Part shown: positions 59,018 to 64,000 of the stretch, piece after piece
Layout of the letters: every line of letters starts with the position of its first letter
Position numbering within the stretch: the first letter of the stretch is position 1
NCBI GenBank assembly: GCA_965217035.1
Contig: OZ244226.1
Coordinates: forward strand, 1,408,146-1,472,145
Source of the DNA: Bacteriovoracaceae bacterium
GTDB taxonomy: Bacteria; Bdellovibrionota; Bacteriovoracia; Bacteriovoracales; Bacteriovoracaceae
Direction of reading: 5' to 3'
Length of the DNA stretch: 64,000 bases
Program-made: the position numbers and the translations under genes
The notes under the pieces: model-generated
The model's database searches: none
What the model was told of the DNA's origin: nothing
The model's input: only the letters and a program-made list of their open reading frames with translations

Positions 59018-60350
59018 CTTTTTCGCTTGTAGCTCCTCTAATAAACTTGCGTACCAAGTCTTGGAAACATTAAGCCTAATAGAAGCTAACGGAGACCAAA
59101 ATTTCGTTTATGTTTTTGACAAGCAAGAAAGTATTTGGAGCTTTTTAAAGAATAATTCAAAATTTTTACTTGTTGATAAATCTGATATTTTAAATCTTCC
59201 CAAAATTAACTCATTTTACTCTCTCGGCTCACCCAATCTGAATAAAAATCTGATTTCACAAATAGACCCAGACAATGTTTTTTTTCACAATAAAGGTTTT
59301 TCAAAAAGTTCCAGAGTTTTAAGTGAAGAGGAGGTTTATTATCTTAAGTTTTTCAAAACTGAAATGAACCTTTTTACTCTGCATACCTTATTAGCAATAT
59401 GCCTAGGGAGACAAATTCAAAAACCATCAGAAAAGACTGAAGAAACAACTGAATTTGGAATTATAATCCCTGAATTATCGAACAACGATGAATTGTTTTT
59501 CTGGAGAAAGGTTATCAATCTTCTAGAAAAGAAAAAACCAGTAACGGTGTTCATTCCAGAAGATTTTCAAAAAACTTTATTAAGCTATGGTGAGTTTCAA
59601 AACTGTATATTCAAAGAAATCAAGAATATTTCATTTCATGATAAGGTGCACTGGATCACTGCAAATAATGAATTTGCTCATATTCTTGCAATAAATCATC
59701 AACCAATGACAGTTCTCTATGAAGGTGAATTTTTAGCGAGATCTACTAATTACGGGCCAAATGCAGACTATATTGCCTGCGACTTAAGTATAGGAAGCTT
59801 TAATACTTTTTTAAAATATTTCGAGACTTTTTATGGACAACGAAACTTTTGTCATAGATGGGATCAATCATTAGAAACCTGGAGTAGGTCTTCTTGGAGA
59901 AAAACAGAATTCCATGAACTCGTTTTCTTTATGTATTACTTATATTGGAATTTTTATCTCAGAGAAAAAGAACTACTTCTTAGACCTCTTCAAAACGGTG
60001 AAAGTATTACTCAAAAACGAGTAAGCAATTATATGAATGCTCTCATTGAGATTCACAATTTAATGACCAGCTTAAAGAGTATCGCACACGAAGAAACAGA
60101 AATTGATGATTTTGAAAAAATTCTCCGACAAACAAACAATAACTTCATCAAGGTTGTAAATACTGACCCAATCCTTGCGCCTATTTATACCAGTTTTGCT
60201 CTAACCAACACATCGAGTCGGAACCTTCAATTCAACGATATCTTGAGGTTTTACTACAAAAAAGCTGATGATATTCAACTACTTACGACCGTTATTTTTG
60301 AATTATTAAATAGCTTTTCACAGCAGAACAATTTCACAATAAATTTGTAA
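59010..60350 (+). CDS. Hypothetical protein, possibly a second, more degenerate GT9-like protein
   Basis: WITANNEFAHILAINHQPMTVLY and STNYGPN weakly echo the GT9 C-terminal block. Overlaps the previous gene. Confidence 0.55.
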   Translation: MNNFFACSSSNKLAYQVLETLSLIEANGDQNFVYVFDKQESIWSFLKNNSKFLLVDKSDILNLPKINSFYSLGSPNLNKNLISQIDPDNVFFHNKGFSKSSRVLSEEEVYYLKFFKTEMNLFTLHTLLAICLGRQIQKPSEKTEETTEFGIIIPELSNNDELFFWRKVINLLEKKKPVTVFIPEDFQKTLLSYGEFQNCIFKEIKNISFHDKVHWITANNEFAHILAINHQPMTVLYEGEFLARSTNYGPNADYIACDLSIGSFNTFLKYFETFYGQRNFCHRWDQSLETWSRSSWRKTEFHELVFFMYYLYWNFYLREKELLLRPLQNGESITQKRVSNYMNALIEIHNLMTSLKSIAHEETEIDDFEKILRQTNNNFIKVVNTDPILAPIYTSFALTNTSSRNLQFNDILRFYYKKADDIQLLTTVIFELLNSFSQQNNFTINL

Positions 60351-60381
60351 TCCTTTCCCCTCTTTTATAAAATCGCTTTGA

Positions 60382-62061
60382 ATGATCGGGGAGCATCTAA
60401 ATTCTTTAAATTACAGAGAAAATTCTCTTTTTATAGAGGACAAATCTCTTAAGAAGGAGATTGCAGCCTTGAAACTTGGTCTTACTTTGAAACGAAGTGA
60501 CCAGAACGCAGGGCTGATTATCAATACTCTTAAAGAAGGACGGTACGAAGTTCTTAAATCTGGAAATCGTCATTTTTTAAAAAAAGATGAACTAATCCAA
60601 TTGCTTGAGAACATGGCGGCAGTCGAAAAGAATAAAGACCGGATCAAGAAATCTCAAAAAAATATTAATAGCTTTCTCAAAGGAAAGCTCCAGAAGAATA
60701 ATATTAAAAGGTTTTTTAAAAACTCAACTGAATACTATCAAGACGTTATCAAAACACTGATACAATCTGAAAAGATAGAAGAACTTCCTCTTAAGCTTTC
60801 AAAATTAAAAGTTTTTAAACCCTATCACTCATTCATCACTATTTTATTGCAAAAGGGGAGTTCTAAATCTCTTGTATGTGATCTCGGTAAATCTAATAGA
60901 CTTAAGAAATATTATTTTGACTCAAGAGAGTTTAATAATGTTTATAGCGCTATAAAAAAATCAAAAAGTCCTTATTTTTATGAACATAAAGTTATATCTA
61001 AATCGTTAAAACTTGTTGGTTGTTTTCTGGCGAAAACTTTTACATTAAAAACTCATAATCTCGTTGTGATCATTTCAAAGGATGATTTCATTCCCCCTTC
61101 AAATGAAGAAATCGACGTTTTTAATGAATTTTCTTTTGCTATTGAAAAGGCTCTTAATTTCATTGAATTAAAAAATATTATCTTCTCTGATTTACACCTT
61201 TATTTATCAACGCTCTACCAATTAGATTATTATATATCAATAATGGATAATAATTTGTTAATTGCGGGGAACTCAGATAATTCAAACTTTGATAAATCTT
61301 TCACTCCAAGCTGGTCGAATCTAAAGATTCAGTACTCTAACCCTTCAAATCGATTTACCTCCACTGACCTTTTTCATTATCAAAGGATTAAGCTCCTTGG
61401 AGAGCTTTTCAATATTCTAAAACATGAACTCAGTAATCCTATTTTTGGGATAAAAATGAGCCTTGATCTTTTGATGAATGAATCGATTGAAAAAGATCCA
61501 AAAGAAATTCTTGAACAAATCACCGATTCAGCTGATAGATCTCTTGAAATTCTCAATAGCATGACTGATATTTTCTCTAACGAAAAAAAGGAAGTAACGA
61601 GAAATCTCGATGAAATTTTGTCAAAGGTATACACTCTCTGCAAGTCAGAACTAAAACTGATTGATTTTAAAATTCTTTATGCAGAAGAGGCTCACAAAGA
61701 AGTTAAAGTTCAAACAAATATTACTTTTTTGACACAGATACTTTTCAATCTATTAATCAATGCAACGCAAGAGCTTAAAAAGGCTTTTCCTAACCCAAGA
61801 GAAAGAAAACTTATTTTAAGTCCAGTAATTAGTGATAATTATGTCGAGATTCTTATCACTGATAATGGCCGTGGCATAAAGCCAGAAGAGCAAGACAAAA
61901 TATTCCAACTCTTTTTCAGTAAAAAATCGACCGGAAATGGAATTGGACTTCCGCTTTCAAGAACCCTGGCACAGAAACTTGGAGGAGATCTTCTCCTACA
62001 ATCATCAGAACCAGGATCAACCACTTTCATTCTACTTGTCCCCGTTTGTACAGAGGAATAA
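60382..62061 (+). CDS. Cytoplasmic sensor histidine kinase
   Basis: H-box LKHELSNP, N-box QILFNLLINA, G1 DNGRG, F-box, G2 GNGIGL. No obvious TM helices. Confidence 0.92.
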   Translation: MIGEHLNSLNYRENSLFIEDKSLKKEIAALKLGLTLKRSDQNAGLIINTLKEGRYEVLKSGNRHFLKKDELIQLLENMAAVEKNKDRIKKSQKNINSFLKGKLQKNNIKRFFKNSTEYYQDVIKTLIQSEKIEELPLKLSKLKVFKPYHSFITILLQKGSSKSLVCDLGKSNRLKKYYFDSREFNNVYSAIKKSKSPYFYEHKVISKSLKLVGCFLAKTFTLKTHNLVVIISKDDFIPPSNEEIDVFNEFSFAIEKALNFIELKNIIFSDLHLYLSTLYQLDYYISIMDNNLLIAGNSDNSNFDKSFTPSWSNLKIQYSNPSNRFTSTDLFHYQRIKLLGELFNILKHELSNPIFGIKMSLDLLMNESIEKDPKEILEQITDSADRSLEILNSMTDIFSNEKKEVTRNLDEILSKVYTLCKSELKLIDFKILYAEEAHKEVKVQTNITFLTQILFNLLINATQELKKAFPNPRERKLILSPVISDNYVEILITDNGRGIKPEEQDKIFQLFFSKKSTGNGIGLPLSRTLAQKLGGDLLLQSSEPGSTTFILLVPVCTEE

Positions 62062-62062
62062 A

Positions 62063-62431
62063 ATGAACGTCTTAATCATCGAGGACGAAATTCTAATACT
62101 AAAATCATTACAAATAGTTTTCCAAAAACTAGGTCATCATGTTGAAACCGCTACTCTTGGCAGACAAGCACTCGAGAAGATTCTTTCTAATGACTATGAT
62201 ATTATCATCACAGATCTCATGCTGAATGATATCAGTGGATTTGATATCTTGGAGGGCTCTCTTAAGAAATTTCAAAGAGAAGAACTTCCGTCGCGCTTCG
62301 TCATTATGAGCGCCTATAGCTCAGAACAAATCACGACTAGAGCGAAGGAATATAATTGTCTCTTTCTAAGCAAGCCCTTTGATAATATCCACAAAACGGT
62401 AGATGATATTGTTAATAGGTTTAAAAAATGA
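62063..62431 (+). CDS. Single-domain response regulator (receiver only)
   Basis: MNVLIIEDE, YDIIITDLML, MSAY, LSKPF. GAGG SD before ATG 62063. Confidence 0.9.
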   Translation: MNVLIIEDEILILKSLQIVFQKLGHHVETATLGRQALEKILSNDYDIIITDLMLNDISGFDILEGSLKKFQREELPSRFVIMSAYSSEQITTRAKEYNCLFLSKPFDNIHKTVDDIVNRFKK

Positions 62432-63324
62432 AAATTAAGAATCTTGGAATCGTTCTCCGTCCCATTAAAAATTCAAAATTCCAAAGTATGTTGGACCATT
62501 TGGTTACATGGTTATCAAGAAGAAAAGTTAATACTTCGTTCCTCGCGACTGAAGAAGAAAGGCTTAAAAAAATTATTTCTTCTTCTCAGTTTTCAAAATT
62601 GAACTTTGTTGATTTTAATGATCTGTCTGACTTAGATGCCATTCTTACTCTTGGAGGAGACGGTACTCTTATTGGCCTTTGTAGAAATTTAAAAAAATCT
62701 AAAACTCCAATTATTGGTGTTAACTGGGGAAAACTTGGATTTATTACTGAATTCAGTGCCCAAGAAATGTTTGATGGCCTAGAAAATATTCTTAAAGGAA
62801 AGTATCAAACAGTCCAAAGAAGATTATTTCGAGTGATCATAAAAAAAGCGGATAAAACAGTTTTTCAATCTAAATTTGTTAATGATGTTGTTATTAGTAA
62901 ATCTAATATCGCTCGTATGTTTCAACTTAATGTGGACTGCGGTGAGGATATGAATTTTAAAATTTCTGGAGACGGTCTCATTATAAGTTCTCCGATGGGC
63001 TCAACTGCTTATTCTCTTGCAGCAGGAGGCCCAATTGTTCATCCGTCAGTAGGAGGCTTAATCGTCACCCCTATTTGTCCTCATGGACTTACCCACAGAC
63101 CTATGGTTATTCCTCAGGACTCTCAGATCAAAGTTAATCTTCAAAACAAGGAAGACGAAATCGCTGTCACTATTGATGGTCAAGTAACTCGTCCTCTTGA
63201 ATTCAATGAAACTCTCTTTGTTGAAAAAGACACGAGAAGAAGCCTTTGTTTCGTCCTTAACCCAGAAAAGAGTTATTTTCATACTCTTAAAGATAAGCTT
63301 ATGCTTAACCGGAGAACAATTTAA
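62428..63324 (+). CDS. nadK: NAD+ kinase
   Basis: LGGDGT, GKLGF, VNDVVI, GDGLIISSPMGSTAYSLAAGGP. Confidence 0.97.
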   Translation: MKIKNLGIVLRPIKNSKFQSMLDHLVTWLSRRKVNTSFLATEEERLKKIISSSQFSKLNFVDFNDLSDLDAILTLGGDGTLIGLCRNLKKSKTPIIGVNWGKLGFITEFSAQEMFDGLENILKGKYQTVQRRLFRVIIKKADKTVFQSKFVNDVVISKSNIARMFQLNVDCGEDMNFKISGDGLIISSPMGSTAYSLAAGGPIVHPSVGGLIVTPICPHGLTHRPMVIPQDSQIKVNLQNKEDEIAVTIDGQVTRPLEFNETLFVEKDTRRSLCFVLNPEKSYFHTLKDKLMLNRRTI

Positions 63325-64000
63325 TGAGTAAAGAAGACATTCAACTCTCTCAACTCAATCTTCAAAACTTTGCTACATTTGAAAGACAATCGATAGAATT
63401 CGGTGACGGACTTAATATTATTATTGGAGAGACAGGATCTGGAAAAAGTTTAATTTTTGATGCTCTTCAAATTGTTCTTGGTCAAAGGGCCGATAAGAAC
63501 TTAGTTCGTACAAATACTGAATTTTCAACTATTGAAGCAACATTTTATGCTGTTGGTGAGCATGTTCATGAATTTCTTCATGAAATAGGATATCCGGGGG
63601 ATGGAAATGAAATTGTTCTCAAGAGAATTGTTTATGCTAATGGAAAAACTAAATCCTTTATCAATTTTCAACAGTGTAATTTAAAAACACTTCAAAGCTT
63701 TTCAAGTCGCTATATTGACCTTGTTGGGCAGTTTGAAAATCAAAAACTGCTCTCCTCTAAATACCAACTTAAACTTCTTGATCATTATTCTGGAAATACA
63801 AATTTGTTAACGAATTATGAAAACCAATTTATTGATTACAGTGATCTTAAAAATAAAAAACAAGAACTTGAAGAAAAAAAGAGTTCTCGAGATCAACGGT
63901 TAGACTATCTTAATTTCCAAATTAATGAAATTGAGGAAGTAAATCCCGAAGTAGGAGAAGAAACAGGCTTAATTCAAAGAAAAGATTCATTAATGAACGT
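63324..64000 (+). CDS. recN: DNA repair protein RecN, N-terminal part (3'-truncated by window edge; absent from the ORF track)
   Basis: ATG overlaps the nadK stop (TAATG). Translation MSKEDIQLSQLNLQNFATFERQSIEFGDGLNIIIGETGSGKSLIFDALQIVLGQRADK, later DLVGQFENQKL. Classic nadK-recN order. Confidence 0.95.
   Translation, partial: MSKEDIQLSQLNLQNFATFERQSIEFGDGLNIIIGETGSGKSLIFDALQIVLGQRADKNLVRTNTEFSTIEATFYAVGEHVHEFLHEIGYPGDGNEIVLKRIVYANGKTKSFINFQQCNLKTLQSFSSRYIDLVGQFENQKLLSSKYQLKLLDHYSGNTNLLTNYENQFIDYSDLKNKKQELEEKKSSRDQRLDYLNFQINEIEEVNPEVGEETGLIQRKDSLMN

Noticed and set aside
1..64000. tRNA, rRNA, CRISPR array, prophage, IS element or recognisable defence system
   Set aside because: Intergenic gaps are all under about 200 bp. 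I saw no cloverleaf, repeat-spacer array, integrase, transposase or known defence-gene motifs by eye.

Overview
AT-rich bacterial chromosome segment. Gene content and order point to a Bdellovibrionota predator, probably Bacteriovoracaceae/Halobacteriovoraceae-like (inference). From left to right: 3' end of alaS plus an orphan family-5 peptide-binding lipoprotein, rpoZ, and two unknown secreted proteins. Then a very long minus-strand run: lon, a divergent UvrA paralog, rplM-rpsI, TamA/TamB-type Omp85 pair, accBC/efp/aroQ, a consolidated type IVa pilus locus (pilB-T-C-A, inverted pilG-like gene, pilH/I-like ABC pair, pilD, pilM-N-O-P-Q), ribF, the moxR-DUF58-batABD locus, a TIGR02147-type regulator coupled to a 'GNGGD' secreted protein, a Cds1-type cysteine desulfhydrase, lepB, a transpeptidase lipoprotein, rlmE and an inositol-monophosphatase-family gene. 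The right end is a plus-strand run: fliD-fliS-fliT-like, a Maf-like fragment, two degenerate GT9-like genes, a histidine kinase, a receiver protein, nadK and recN (partial). I saw no rRNA, tRNA, CRISPR array, integrase or transposase. Most interesting signals: (1) a nested multi-stem structure in the fliD leader that reaches into the SD; (2) four co-oriented DnaA boxes at about 52.9-53.0 kb with no dnaA gene in the window and no obvious skew switch; (3) an apparently leaderless TIGR02147 regulator with a palindrome on its -35, coupled to a secreted protein; (4) a pilG-like gene inverted inside the pil operon with only 21 bp and 1 bp flanks; (5) a secreted protein with a possible ADP-ribosyltransferase-like R-S-E pattern; (6) degenerate glycosylation-like genes in the flagellar operon. 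All family calls come from motif recognition by eye; no searches were run.
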